Assembly (NCBI GenBank): GCA_963731735.1
Contig: CAVSWO010000001.1
Location: forward strand, 761 to 64,760
Direction of reading: 5' to 3'
Length of the DNA stretch: 64,000 nucleotides
DNA from: Candidatus Kerfeldbacteria bacterium
GTDB taxonomy: Bacteria; Patescibacteriota; Patescibacteriia; SBBC01; CAIJZX01
Below, piece by piece: positions 54,546-64,000 of this stretch (the stretch's first letter is position 1; every line of letters begins with the position of its first letter). Under the pieces are notes generated by a model. That model saw only the letters and a program-made list of their open reading frames with translations. It did no database searches and had not been told where the DNA came from. A program made the position numbers and the translations under genes.

Positions 54546-55409
54546 ATGTCCTCCGGACCGCTGGTAAGCGTGGTTATTGTCAGCTGGAACAGTCGGCAGC
54601 TGCTGCAACGCTGTCTGGCCTCGTTCCGGCACTGGGTTCAGCTCCCGCACGAAATTATTGTGGTGGACAATGCGTCCACCGATCAAACCCCGACTATGGT
54701 TGAGGCTGAGTTTCCAGATGTCCAACTGATCGTGAACCGAACGAACCGTGGTTTTGCGGCCGCGAACAATCAGGGCTTCGCGATCGCGGCCGGTCAGTTT
54801 ATTGTCTGTCTCAACCCGGATACTGAACTGACTGAAGATTTGCTAACGCCGCTGGTAGACTATGCACAAACGCATCCAACCGTAGCATTTATCGGGCCTG
54901 AAATTCTTAACTCGGATGGCAGCCATCAAATGTCGGTCCGGAATTTTCCAGGCTGGGGCGATCAGGTCATCACGCTTCTCAAGCTTCGGCATTTGCTGCG
55001 TCAGACGCCGGTCATGCGTCGGTACTTAGCCGACCCGGGTGCCGGGCAACAAACGCCGATCATGGTTGATCAAATCATGGGTGCCTGTATGCTGTTTCCG
55101 CGGTGGGTGTTGGAAACCCTGGGAGATTTTGATGAGGGGTATTGGATATGGTTTGAAGAAGTTGACTGGTGCCAGCGAGCGCACCGGGCTGGATATGGCG
55201 TGGTTTACCTGCCAACCGCTCACCTGGTTCATTGGGGTGGAGCGAGTTTTTCCCAGGTTTTAAGTTTGCGCAAACATGTCTGGCTGCTCCGCAGCCTGGC
55301 GCGATACGCCAAAAAATACTGGAGCCCGTTGGCCCGTTGGAGCCTGATTGCCTTGATGCCGATCAGTTATGGATTAACCATCGTACAATCACTTGGCAAA
55401 CCCCGATGA
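54546..55409 (+). CDS. GT2 family glycosyltransferase
   Basis: VSVVIVSWNSRQLL...VVDNASTD...NRGFAAANNQG...LNPDT. Confidence 0.85.
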   Translation: MSSGPLVSVVIVSWNSRQLLQRCLASFRHWVQLPHEIIVVDNASTDQTPTMVEAEFPDVQLIVNRTNRGFAAANNQGFAIAAGQFIVCLNPDTELTEDLLTPLVDYAQTHPTVAFIGPEILNSDGSHQMSVRNFPGWGDQVITLLKLRHLLRQTPVMRRYLADPGAGQQTPIMVDQIMGACMLFPRWVLETLGDFDEGYWIWFEEVDWCQRAHRAGYGVVYLPTAHLVHWGGASFSQVLSLRKHVWLLRSLARYAKKYWSPLARWSLIALMPISYGLTIVQSLGKPR

Positions 55410-56809
55410 TTAGTAAATCGCAACAACGATTTTGGTGGTGGGTAGTCGGCCTCGGGTTGTTTCATAGTTTGTCATGGCTGGCGTATCAGCTGCCAGACCT
55501 CCGGGTCTGGGCGATGCTGGGTGTTGGGCTGCTGGGGCTTTGGTTAGCGGTCTGGCGGCCACATTGGCTCGCCTACGCGAGTGTGGCCGAATTAGTCATC
55601 GGCGGTCAGGGATATTTGCTGTTTACCGAAATTCACGGCTTTCGTTTAACCTTGCGGATGATTTTGTTCGGACTCGTTTTGTTGGCCGGCGGCATGCAAT
55701 GGCTGCGACGTCGGCAACTGGCCTGGAATCCGGGCTTGACGGCGGCGGTCTATGTTCTCGGGTGGGTTAGTGTTTTGGCGGCGGTCGGTCTGGCCCGCGG
55801 CTATGGATTGAGCAATGTTTTTTCTGACGCGAATGGGTATTTCTACATCGCCATGGCATTTGGCTGGTGGCTGATCCTACGGGCCAAATCAGACTGGCGA
55901 TCAGAAGTTTTCACCATCGTGTTTGCGGGTAGTGTTGTGATTGGACTCAAAAGTTGGATGACCATGACCCTCTTTGGCCAGGCGCCAGTCGGGATTGACG
56001 CCTGGTATCAATGGATCCGCAATACCGGAACCGGAGAAATCACCCATATTCAGGGAAATATTTGGCGAGTCTTCTTCCAAAGCCAAATCTACTGCCTCCT
56101 GGCGGCACTGATCGCTTACGCAGGCCTCCTCATGAAACGGGCCGAAAGCTGGTGGCTGTGGCCGTTATTTTTTGGAAGTTTAGGCACGGTTATCAGCCTC
56201 TCACGCAGTTTTTGGCTGGGCGGGGCGGTGGCGGTTATCGGGCTGACAATTTGGGCTTGGCGGCGACAGGGTTGGAAAATCTTGTGGACCGGGTTACTGA
56301 TGGCGGGGGTGGCGACCGGAATATGGTTGATGCTGTCCTGGTCCATTAACTGGCCATATGTTATCGCGCCAACCGGTCAATCAACCAGCCCGAATCCAAT
56401 CGCGGCTCGGTTCGACGCACCCGGTTCAGCCCAAGCGGCTGACGCTCGACGACTGCAATTGCAACCACTGTGGCAGGCGATTCTGCACCAACCGGTGGTC
56501 GGGCATGGTTTCGGCGCCAGTTTGACCTACTATAATCCGGATCCGAGAATTCAGGCACTCCATTCCACCCATACGTTTGAACTGGGATATCTCGATCAAT
56601 GGTTTAAAATGGGGTTGGTTGGATTGCTCCTCTTAGCCTGGCTGCTTGGTCGGACACTTCGAAAACTGGCCGGAACCAAGTGGTGGGAACTGACCGTCGG
56701 AACAGTGCTGGCAATTGGGATCGTGCATATTTTTTCGCCATACCTCAATCATCCGTTGGGATTAGGATGGATCGCTCTACTCATATGTCTGGCCTATGAC
56801 CCAAACTGA
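55406..56809 (+). CDS. O-antigen ligase/polymerase-like membrane protein (Wzy_C family)
   Basis: About 12 TM, SLSRSFWLGGAV, and a large external loop with HQPVVGHGFGAS. ATGA-coupled. Confidence 0.7.
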   Translation: MISKSQQRFWWWVVGLGLFHSLSWLAYQLPDLRVWAMLGVGLLGLWLAVWRPHWLAYASVAELVIGGQGYLLFTEIHGFRLTLRMILFGLVLLAGGMQWLRRRQLAWNPGLTAAVYVLGWVSVLAAVGLARGYGLSNVFSDANGYFYIAMAFGWWLILRAKSDWRSEVFTIVFAGSVVIGLKSWMTMTLFGQAPVGIDAWYQWIRNTGTGEITHIQGNIWRVFFQSQIYCLLAALIAYAGLLMKRAESWWLWPLFFGSLGTVISLSRSFWLGGAVAVIGLTIWAWRRQGWKILWTGLLMAGVATGIWLMLSWSINWPYVIAPTGQSTSPNPIAARFDAPGSAQAADARRLQLQPLWQAILHQPVVGHGFGASLTYYNPDPRIQALHSTHTFELGYLDQWFKMGLVGLLLLAWLLGRTLRKLAGTKWWELTVGTVLAIGIVHIFSPYLNHPLGLGWIALLICLAYDPN

Positions 56810-57821
56810 CCCGCGGGTAACGGTTTCAATTGTAACCTGGAACAGCCGGCAACATTTACGGACATGTTTTGAAGCCCTCGAGCGACAAACATACACATCA
56901 TTCCAGATACTAGTGGTTGATAATGCTTCAGCCGACGGCACGGTAGCTTGGTTGGAGGAACACTATCCGCAGATAAACATTTTACGGAATACCAGAAATT
57001 TTGGGTATTGCCGAGCGCATAACCAGGCCATTCGTCTGACCAAAAGTGACTTCGTGCTCGTGCTGAACGCGGACGTGGTGCTGGCCGAAGACTGGATTAC
57101 ACGCGCGGTGACCTGGATGGACAACCACCCTGAAACCGGAAGCTATGGAGGACTGCTCGGACGATATACCTACAGTTCCGACGAGTTGAAAGAAGTCAAC
57201 GTTTCTGCTATAATCGACAGCGCCGGATTGCGTCTCGATCGTCAACGTCACGCCGTCGATCGCGGTAGCGGACAAGCAGCGAATGACCAGTTCCGGCAAG
57301 CCGAAGAAGTTTTCGGTTTTAGCGGAGCCTGTGTGCTGCACCGGCGAACCGCTCTTGATTCAGTCGCCTTTCAGCAACAGGTTTTTTATGAACCCTTCTT
57401 CGCGTATAAAGATGATGTCGACTTGGCCTGGCGCCTCCAACGATTGGGATGGCAGGCTTGGTTTGACCCGGCGGCCAAAGCTTGGCATCACCGTGAAATT
57501 CAAGGGGTTGATTCGTCCCGAAACTCGGCCTTGGCAAAAAATTACCGCCGCCGGAAAAGCATGATCGCTAGCTTGTCGTATCGGAATCACTGGGCCATGT
57601 TGTTGACATATGAATCTTGGAGTACTTGGTGGCGTGACGGTTTGCTGATTGCCTGGTACGAATTTCGCAAAGCTGGTTTTCTTTTGGTAACCCGGCCGCG
57701 CGTCTTGCGGGGATTTTTTATCGCGCTCTCCTGGTGGCCGGCCTTACAAGCTCGACGGCGGTGGTTAGCTGAGCACGCCAAGCGGAGTAGTCTGGCTGTT
57801 CGGCAGGCTTGGATACGCTAA
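56796..57821 (+). CDS. GT2 family glycosyltransferase
   Basis: VSIVTWNSRQHL...VVDNASADGT...NFGYCRAHNQA...LNADV. Confidence 0.85.
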   Translation: MTQTDPRVTVSIVTWNSRQHLRTCFEALERQTYTSFQILVVDNASADGTVAWLEEHYPQINILRNTRNFGYCRAHNQAIRLTKSDFVLVLNADVVLAEDWITRAVTWMDNHPETGSYGGLLGRYTYSSDELKEVNVSAIIDSAGLRLDRQRHAVDRGSGQAANDQFRQAEEVFGFSGACVLHRRTALDSVAFQQQVFYEPFFAYKDDVDLAWRLQRLGWQAWFDPAAKAWHHREIQGVDSSRNSALAKNYRRRKSMIASLSYRNHWAMLLTYESWSTWWRDGLLIAWYEFRKAGFLLVTRPRVLRGFFIALSWWPALQARRRWLAEHAKRSSLAVRQAWIR

Positions 57822-57823
57822 CT

Positions 57824-58630
57824 ATGGATCTCTCGATTGTCATTTTAAATTATAAATCTAAAGGACTGCTCAAACAGTGTTTGCGCGGCGTGGTGGGCAG
57901 TCAATGGCCGTTTCGGCACGAAGTGATTGTGATTGACAATGATTCACAAGATGGCAGCTTCGAAATGGTCCGTGAGCAATTTCCTAGCGTCAAAGTATTG
58001 GCTTCGCCCAATGTTGGTTTTGCAGCTGGGGTCAACCAAGGATTGCGTATCGCGAGCGGAGAGTTCGTACTCCTCTTAAACCCGGATGTGGCAATATTTG
58101 AACCGGCGGTCATAAAATTGCGGGATTATATGCTGGCGCATCCGAAAGTCGGGGTAGCCGCTCCGCGCTTAATAAACCCGGATGGTAGTACCCAGGATTC
58201 CTGTTATCGATTTCCGAATATCTGGACACCACTGCTTCGCCGCTCACCCCTGGGCCGAATCCCCTGGGGACGAAAAATATTACAGAAGTATCTGCTTCAT
58301 GATTGGTCGCACGATCAAAATGGTCCGGTCGGCTGGGTCTTAGGCGCCAGTATGTTTTTCCGCCGAGCGGCGCTTGAGCAGATTGGATTATTTGATGAAC
58401 GATTCTTTTTGTATTTTGAGGATGTCGATATGTGCCGAAGATTTTGGCAAGCCGGCTGGGAAGTGCACTACGTGGCAGAAGCCGAATTCGTCCATTATCA
58501 CCGCCGCTTATCGGCCGAATATTCCGGATTGCAGGGAATTTTCGCCTATCCAACCCGCCTGCACATACAAAGTGCTATTAAATATTTTGCTAAGTATCTT
58601 GGTGCCCAGCCGGCACCGCATAGCCTATGA
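57824..58630 (+). CDS. GT2 family glycosyltransferase
   Basis: LSIVILNYKSKGLL...VIDNDSQDGS...NVGFAAGVNQG...LNPDV. Alternative TTG start at 57809. Confidence 0.85.
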   Translation: MDLSIVILNYKSKGLLKQCLRGVVGSQWPFRHEVIVIDNDSQDGSFEMVREQFPSVKVLASPNVGFAAGVNQGLRIASGEFVLLLNPDVAIFEPAVIKLRDYMLAHPKVGVAAPRLINPDGSTQDSCYRFPNIWTPLLRRSPLGRIPWGRKILQKYLLHDWSHDQNGPVGWVLGASMFFRRAALEQIGLFDERFFLYFEDVDMCRRFWQAGWEVHYVAEAEFVHYHRRLSAEYSGLQGIFAYPTRLHIQSAIKYFAKYLGAQPAPHSL

Positions 58631-60603
58631 TATTTCGCCGACCCAAACAAAAAGCCCGAACAAAAGTCCAGCTGATGCCGCTCGCCCAAAAAGGGCGGCG
58701 GGTCCGACGCCAGGTTTGGAAAATTGTTGGTTTTACGCTCGGCGGCTTAGTGCTTTTTTTCGGCTTGGTGACAGCTTACTATTACCCAAAAGCCAAAGTC
58801 GTTATGACGGAGGCCAAAACGCTGCAAGATCTCGGCAAAAAGATTCCGCAGGCAATTTCTGATCAAGATTTCACCCGCGCCCACACCCTGACTACCGACC
58901 TTCAGGCCAGCGTTACTCGCGCGCAAAACGGATTGCATAAAATGCAAGGTTTACGCTGGTGGCCATATATTGGGCGGCAATACCGTGCCGGCGATGATTT
59001 GCTAACCGTAGCCGATCACGGAGCCGACGGAGTTTCAGCGTTAGTTGATTTTGCCGATCAATTGTTCGCGCCTTTTGCCGACCGCGGCAAGGTTAGCTTG
59101 GCGTCGATCACGCCGGAAGAAAAAGGCATCTTATTAGCCGGAATTTCTGAGCACGAAGATACCCTGCGTCAAGCGCATACGGCAATTGATGCTTCGGCTC
59201 AAGCGCTCGACCATATCCCCGACACAGGCCTGATCGGTCCGCTCGAGCGGATTGTCAAACCGTTGAAGGAGCAATTTCCGTTGCTCCAGCAAGGTTTGGC
59301 CCAGGCCATTCCGGCCACCCGTATTTTACCCAGCATCTTAGGCTACCCCGAAACGAAAACCTATCTGTTCCTGCTGGAAAACAATACCGAACTTCGTCCG
59401 GGCGGAGGCTTTATCGGTACCTACGGAATTTTACGGCTCAATTCGGGTGAAATCGTATCGCTCCAGACGGAGAATAGCTATAACCTTGATGAGGCCGCAA
59501 AAAGTTTATCGACCGTGACGCCACCGGCGCCAATCAGTAAGTATCTCAAAGTCTACAATTGGTATTTCCGTGATGCTAACTGGTCTCCGGATTTCCCGAC
59601 CAGTGCTCGTCAATCACTGGTATTGTACCAACGTGAAGGTGGTCGGAAAGACGTGGACGGCGTGATCGCGGTCACGCCGACGGCGATTAGTGCCTTATTA
59701 GATTTAGTTGGGCCGATTAAAATTGGTAGCATAGAATTTTCCGCCGACAACTTCGTTGATAAATTACAAAAGTACGTTGATCTGGATTTTCGGGTAGCCG
59801 GATTAAACGAAGCCGACCGCAAAGATATTATCGGTCCGCTGACCAAAGAATTGGTCGATCGGCTCTTACAACTCCCGGTTTCGGATTGGGGCGGCCTGTT
59901 TCTCACGCTCAGCCAGCAGCTGCATGAAAAACAAATGTTATTGTATGTCAACGACGCCGCCACCCAGGGGATTCTCGAAGATCAAAATTGGGCCGGTTCA
60001 ATCCATACTGACGAACAATCAGACTCCGTGATGGTGGTTGATGCCAACTTGGCTAGTTTAAAATCTGATCCGGTCGTCAAGCGGTCGTATGATTATCAGG
60101 TGTCTGTTAGACCAGATGCTGCCGAGGCTACCCTGACCATCACCTATAATCATACCGGAAAGTTTGATTGGAAAACCACCCGATATAACACCTATGTGCG
60201 GGTCTATGTACCGGAAGGCAGTACCTTGCTTGATTCCAGCGGTGCCCAGTTGCGTGAAAAATCCCAACGAGCGGGCGAAGTCACCACTACCACTGAACTT
60301 GGTAAAACCGTATTTGCGGCTTTCAAATCAATTGAACCGGGTACCAGTAGCACCCTCGTGCTCCACTATCGGTTACCGGATCGTCTGGCGAAACGCCTGG
60401 CCAAAGACCATCAGTATCAGCTGTGGTGGCAAAAGCAAGCCGGACTGGAATCGGCGGATATTTCGTTTCACCTGAGTACCCCCAACCAAAAACCAACCCA
60501 AGTCGACGGCCTTGACAATCAGGCCAAACTCAGTAAAGATAGCCTGCAATTTAGCGGCTCGCTTCGTGAAGATCGGCCGATTGATGTGACGTTTACGCAA
60601 TGA
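58627..60603 (+). CDS. DUF4012-domain envelope protein with an N-terminal membrane anchor
   Basis: TM IVGFTLGGLVLFFGLVTAYYY. Signature ELRPGGGFIGTYG typical of DUF4012. ATGA-coupled on both sides. Confidence 0.7.
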   Translation: MIFRRPKQKARTKVQLMPLAQKGRRVRRQVWKIVGFTLGGLVLFFGLVTAYYYPKAKVVMTEAKTLQDLGKKIPQAISDQDFTRAHTLTTDLQASVTRAQNGLHKMQGLRWWPYIGRQYRAGDDLLTVADHGADGVSALVDFADQLFAPFADRGKVSLASITPEEKGILLAGISEHEDTLRQAHTAIDASAQALDHIPDTGLIGPLERIVKPLKEQFPLLQQGLAQAIPATRILPSILGYPETKTYLFLLENNTELRPGGGFIGTYGILRLNSGEIVSLQTENSYNLDEAAKSLSTVTPPAPISKYLKVYNWYFRDANWSPDFPTSARQSLVLYQREGGRKDVDGVIAVTPTAISALLDLVGPIKIGSIEFSADNFVDKLQKYVDLDFRVAGLNEADRKDIIGPLTKELVDRLLQLPVSDWGGLFLTLSQQLHEKQMLLYVNDAATQGILEDQNWAGSIHTDEQSDSVMVVDANLASLKSDPVVKRSYDYQVSVRPDAAEATLTITYNHTGKFDWKTTRYNTYVRVYVPEGSTLLDSSGAQLREKSQRAGEVTTTTELGKTVFAAFKSIEPGTSSTLVLHYRLPDRLAKRLAKDHQYQLWWQKQAGLESADISFHLSTPNQKPTQVDGLDNQAKLSKDSLQFSGSLREDRPIDVTFTQ

Positions 60604-61613
60604 GTATATTTACCCGTCGAATTGGCATCGACCTCGGCACGACTTACACGTTGGTGTATCTGCCGGGACGGGGGATTGTGTTAAACGAGCCCTCGGTGGT
60701 GGCGATGTCGATGATCGATAAAAAAGTCTTAGCGGTCGGTGATGAAGCCAAGGAGATGATTGGCCGCACGCCGGATACCATTATTGCCTCACGACCGTTG
60801 AAAGACGGCGTGATTGCCGATTACCGCACGACCGAAGCGATGCTTCGCTATTTTATTAATAAAGCCATGGGCGGCGTACGATTCTTTCGGGCCGAAGTGA
60901 TGGTGGCTGTGCCGGGCGGCATTACTTCAACCGAGCGACGGGCGGTTATCGACGCCACGTTGGCGGCCGGCGCCAAAGCCGCCTACATCATCAAAGAGCC
61001 AATTGCAGCCGCGATTGGTGCAAATATCCCAATTGGTTCGCCGTCGGGACACATGATTATCGATATTGGCGGTGGTACATCTGAAATCGCGGTTATTAGT
61101 TTAGGCGGAATCGTGGTTAATACATCGGTTCGAATCGGTGGCAATAAATTTGATTTTGCGATTCAGGAATATGTACGAAAAAAATACGGGTTGGCGATTG
61201 GCGAACGCACCGCCGAAGACATAAAAATCACCATCGGCAGCGCCTTAGTGATGGAGGACAAATTAAGCATGGATGTCCGAGGTCGTGACATGATTACCGG
61301 GCTTCCCCGGACTGTGTCGATTATTTCCGATGACGTGACCGAAGCCATCCAAAACGAACTGGCCGGAATCATTCAAGCCATCAAAAATGTATTACAGGAG
61401 ACACCGCCGGAACTTTCGGCTGATGTGATGGACAAGGGCATGGTGTTAAGCGGTGGTTCATCAAAACTTCGAAATATTGATAAACTTTTTGCTCAGGCCA
61501 TCGGTGTACCGGCCTACGTGGCTGACGACACCGAACTCTGCGTCGCTCGCGGGACCGGCATCGCCCTGGATAACCTTGAATCGTACAAGCGCAGTATATT
61601 GGCCACCAAATAG
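60600..61613 (+). CDS. mreB: rod shape-determining protein MreB
   Basis: IGIDLGTTYTLVY...GVIADYRTTEAMLRYFI...IDIGGGTSEIAVISLGG. Confidence 0.92.
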   Translation: MSIFTRRIGIDLGTTYTLVYLPGRGIVLNEPSVVAMSMIDKKVLAVGDEAKEMIGRTPDTIIASRPLKDGVIADYRTTEAMLRYFINKAMGGVRFFRAEVMVAVPGGITSTERRAVIDATLAAGAKAAYIIKEPIAAAIGANIPIGSPSGHMIIDIGGGTSEIAVISLGGIVVNTSVRIGGNKFDFAIQEYVRKKYGLAIGERTAEDIKITIGSALVMEDKLSMDVRGRDMITGLPRTVSIISDDVTEAIQNELAGIIQAIKNVLQETPPELSADVMDKGMVLSGGSSKLRNIDKLFAQAIGVPAYVADDTELCVARGTGIALDNLESYKRSILATK

Positions 61614-61615
61614 CC

Positions 61616-62806
61616 ATGGTCATCGGGATTGACGCTTCGCGGGCAAATCAGCGGGAAAAGACCGGCACCGAATGGTACAGTTGGCATCTCATCCGTGCCT
61701 TAGCCAGCCGGCTGCCAGATCATCAGCTGCGTTTGTATACACGAGAACCACTGGAACCTGGTTTGCAAAACCTTGGTCCGCAGATTGAATCACGGGTGCT
61801 GACCTGGAAGCCTGGATTGCTGTGGTCGCATCTCCGATTGGCGTGGGAACTCTTGCGGCATCCGCCGGACGTAGTGTTTATTCCAGCCGACACCGTACCC
61901 TTAATCCGTCGGCGTCCGACGGTTACCACTATTCACGATATTGCTTTCGAGCGCTTTCCGGAGTTATACGCCAAACGGTCCGTCCAACGCCGGCTTGGCT
62001 GGCTCCGTCCGATCATTCAGCTACTTGTTCGACTGGTTACCGGCGGGCGCTATGGAGCCTCAGAACTTGATTATCATCGTTGGTCTGTTCGGCACGCCCT
62101 CCGGGTGAGTCGAGATATCCTGACCGTTTCTGCCTTTACAAAAAATGAAATGATTGAGGTGCTCCAAGCGCGGCCTGATCGGATACAGGTAACCTATCAA
62201 GGCGTGATCCAGCCAAAGCAAGTCCCAACCTTTGACCAGGCCGCAAAAAATCGATTGCGCGCCAAGCATCACTTATCGCGGCGGTATTGGTTGTTTATTG
62301 GACGCCTAGAAACAAAGAAAAATATTCAACAGCTGGTTCAAGCTTACCAGCAATATGCTGAAAGTGCATCGGATCCAGCCGATTTGGTTTTGGTAGGTTC
62401 GCCGGGCTATGGATGGGAAACGGTGGCCGCCCGTTTGCCGCTGATGAGACATGGACGGGTACACGTTCTGGGTTGGCAGCCAGAGACCGATGTCCATGGG
62501 CTCCTGTCGGACGCCCACGGGTTTCTTTTCTTGTCGGCTTACGAAGGATTCGGCCGCCCGCCGCTTGAAGCCATGAGTTTCGGGGTGCCCGTTCTCTCGA
62601 GCCCAGCCGGGTCATTACCTGAAGTTTTGGGTTCGGCCGCGGCTTACGCCGATCCAAAGAATACCAACCAAGTGGTTGAAACCTTGCGTCGACTTGACCG
62701 GGATACCGACTGGCGAAAACAGCTTCGCGATGCCGGGTTTCAGCAAGTCCGGAAATTTACCTGGCAGTCGACTGCCGATCGAACCGCGGCCGTCTTACTG
62801 AAGTAA
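61616..62806 (+). CDS. GT4 family glycosyltransferase
   Basis: EGFGRPPLEAMSFGVPVLSSPAGSLPEV (E-x7-E). Confidence 0.85.
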   Translation: MVIGIDASRANQREKTGTEWYSWHLIRALASRLPDHQLRLYTREPLEPGLQNLGPQIESRVLTWKPGLLWSHLRLAWELLRHPPDVVFIPADTVPLIRRRPTVTTIHDIAFERFPELYAKRSVQRRLGWLRPIIQLLVRLVTGGRYGASELDYHRWSVRHALRVSRDILTVSAFTKNEMIEVLQARPDRIQVTYQGVIQPKQVPTFDQAAKNRLRAKHHLSRRYWLFIGRLETKKNIQQLVQAYQQYAESASDPADLVLVGSPGYGWETVAARLPLMRHGRVHVLGWQPETDVHGLLSDAHGFLFLSAYEGFGRPPLEAMSFGVPVLSSPAGSLPEVLGSAAAYADPKNTNQVVETLRRLDRDTDWRKQLRDAGFQQVRKFTWQSTADRTAAVLLK

Positions 62807-62851
62807 GCACTTGCCGAAGGTCTGAAAAAATGGTAGAGTAGCGCACGTTCT

Positions 62852-63796
62852 GTGACTTCTCAATCTGCAACCGTTTCCTACCAATCATGGCCCCTGGTTG
62901 GCCAGTCTGAGCTTGGGCGACACCTGGTGGCCAGCCTAACCGTCGGAAGTCTTCCGTCGGTAATCTTGTTTTCGGGCCCGGCCCATCTCGGGAAAAATAC
63001 AGCCGCCCGTTGGTTGGCCCAAGCCAGCTTATGTACGGCCCAGGCGCCGCGACCGTGTGGGCAGTGTCCGGCCTGTCGCCAGGTACTCGGGAACCGTCAC
63101 CCACGCCTGAATATTTTCGCAGCCGGGCAGACACTCGGAGTTGAGGAGGTGCGTGCGGTTAAAGGCAGTGTCACACTGCGTCTGGAACCTGACGAACACC
63201 ATTGGATAATTTTTGAATCGGTTGATCGTTTCACGGAAGCGGCCGCCAATGCCCTGTTAGTTTTTTTGGAAGAACCGCCGCCCGGCCTCCAGATTGTGAT
63301 GACTACCAGTCGGCTCGATGTGATACCGACCACTGTGCGTTCGCGGGCGGCTAGCTACTTTTGGCATCTGGTTTCACCGCAAACTCTGACCCGGCTACCG
63401 AATGCGCAACCGGATTTGGTACATCGAGCGGCCGGTCGCCCCGGATTAGTTTTTTCGCCGCCTGAGGCGGAGCCGTCCGAATCTGACGGCGACCATGCAC
63501 AAATGATTCGAGCCCTGCTCGATGGCGATCCGAAGGCGACGCAACAGGCCATCGATCAACTCGGGGAGTCGCCAACCTCAGCTGATCTGGATCAATGGGA
63601 ATTACTCTTACGGGAATTATTGTTAGCCCGTTTAGGCATTGCAACCCGCCGTCTTTGGCCGGCACAAAAAATATTTTCTTCTCCCGCCACCTCAATCGCC
63701 GCCCTCGTCGATCGGCTTGAGCGATGGCAACAACGTCATCAACTATTGACTCATCATGTCTCGGCAAAATTTATCTTGGCGGACCTCCTGGTCTAA
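62852..63796 (+). CDS. holB: DNA polymerase III subunit delta-prime
   Basis: AAA+ clamp-loader fold with a degenerate P-loop GPAHLGKNTAARW, zinc module CGQCPACRQV, and SRC-like TVRSRAASY. GTG start. Confidence 0.7.
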   Translation: MTSQSATVSYQSWPLVGQSELGRHLVASLTVGSLPSVILFSGPAHLGKNTAARWLAQASLCTAQAPRPCGQCPACRQVLGNRHPRLNIFAAGQTLGVEEVRAVKGSVTLRLEPDEHHWIIFESVDRFTEAAANALLVFLEEPPPGLQIVMTTSRLDVIPTTVRSRAASYFWHLVSPQTLTRLPNAQPDLVHRAAGRPGLVFSPPEAEPSESDGDHAQMIRALLDGDPKATQQAIDQLGESPTSADLDQWELLLRELLLARLGIATRRLWPAQKIFSSPATSIAALVDRLERWQQRHQLLTHHVSAKFILADLLV

Positions 63797-64000
63797 ACGG
63801 AGCGGAGCGGTCGGAATCACTATTCTGTCGATCGCACTGATGGGCCAGAGTTGCACATTGCAATTTGGTAACCCACCCGTGGCTGACGGGGGAGTCTGGC
63901 GTTCCGACGATCACGGCCAGTCTTGGCAGCAAAAAGTTTTCGTCAGTCGAACCGCTAAAAAAACGGAAACCATCGGCCGAGTCAGCATTTTGGCGTTTGC
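63756..64000 (+). CDS. secreted protein, 3'-partial (runs off the window)
   Basis: MSRQNLSWRTSWSKRSGAVGITILSIALMGQSC... has a signal-peptide-like N-terminus. The ATG at 63756 overlaps the holB 3' end; an alternative ATG is at 63840. Confidence 0.35.
   Translation, partial: MSRQNLSWRTSWSKRSGAVGITILSIALMGQSCTLQFGNPPVADGGVWRSDDHGQSWQQKVFVSRTAKKTETIGRVSILAF

Noticed and set aside
1-64000. Looked for CRISPR repeats, tRNA or rRNA genes, transposases, integrases and phage genes.
   Set aside because: None found. There are no regularly spaced direct repeats and no tRNA-like T-arm or acceptor pairs in intergenic regions. The only T4SS-like gene (32505) has no mobile-element companions in this window.

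Overview
This 64-kb window is densely coding, high-GC (roughly 55-60%) bacterial DNA with mostly core functions.

In order it contains:
- an envelope module: a GT-C type membrane glycosyltransferase and a PEGA-domain protein;
- murA, ctpA, rplI, pyrG and rpmA;
- a minus-strand type IV pilus operon, pilB-pilC-pilM-pilN-pilO, behind a consensus sigma70 promoter;
- a division/cell-wall block, mraY-murD-ftsW-murG-murC-murB;
- hpf, secA, secD and secF;
- a three-gene module: a sigma70-region-4/HARE-HTH protein, a 2-TM membrane protein and a TraG/VirD4-like coupling ATPase;
- a GT2 / methyltransferase / GT-C (DUF2079) glycosylation cluster;
- mnmA and alaS;
- two tandem ABC-2 exporter pairs;
- a heliorhodopsin;
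- a ribosomal/RNAP operon, infA-rpmJ-rpsM-rpsK-rpsD-rpoA-rplQ-rplM-rpsI;
- a large surface-polysaccharide locus (flippase, several GT2/GT4 enzymes, an O-antigen-ligase-like protein and a DUF4012 protein) with mreB embedded;
- holB.

No tRNA, rRNA, CRISPR array, transposase or integrase was recognised.

Several features together suggest a monoderm, reduced-genome lineage, possibly CPR/Patescibacteria-like, but this is an inference:
- many genes are translationally coupled through ATGA overlaps;
- several promoters sit so that the mRNA would be leaderless;
- several proteins are trimmed (RpoA without the alpha-CTD, AlaS without C-Ala);
- a pilus operon with no secretin, plus the heliorhodopsin, fit a single-membrane envelope.

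The most unusual objects are:
- a SecD whose periplasmic P1 head is replaced by a parvulin-type PPIase domain;
- the heliorhodopsin;
- the orphan coupling-ATPase module;
- a structured 265-nt leader upstream of secD driven by a consensus promoter.
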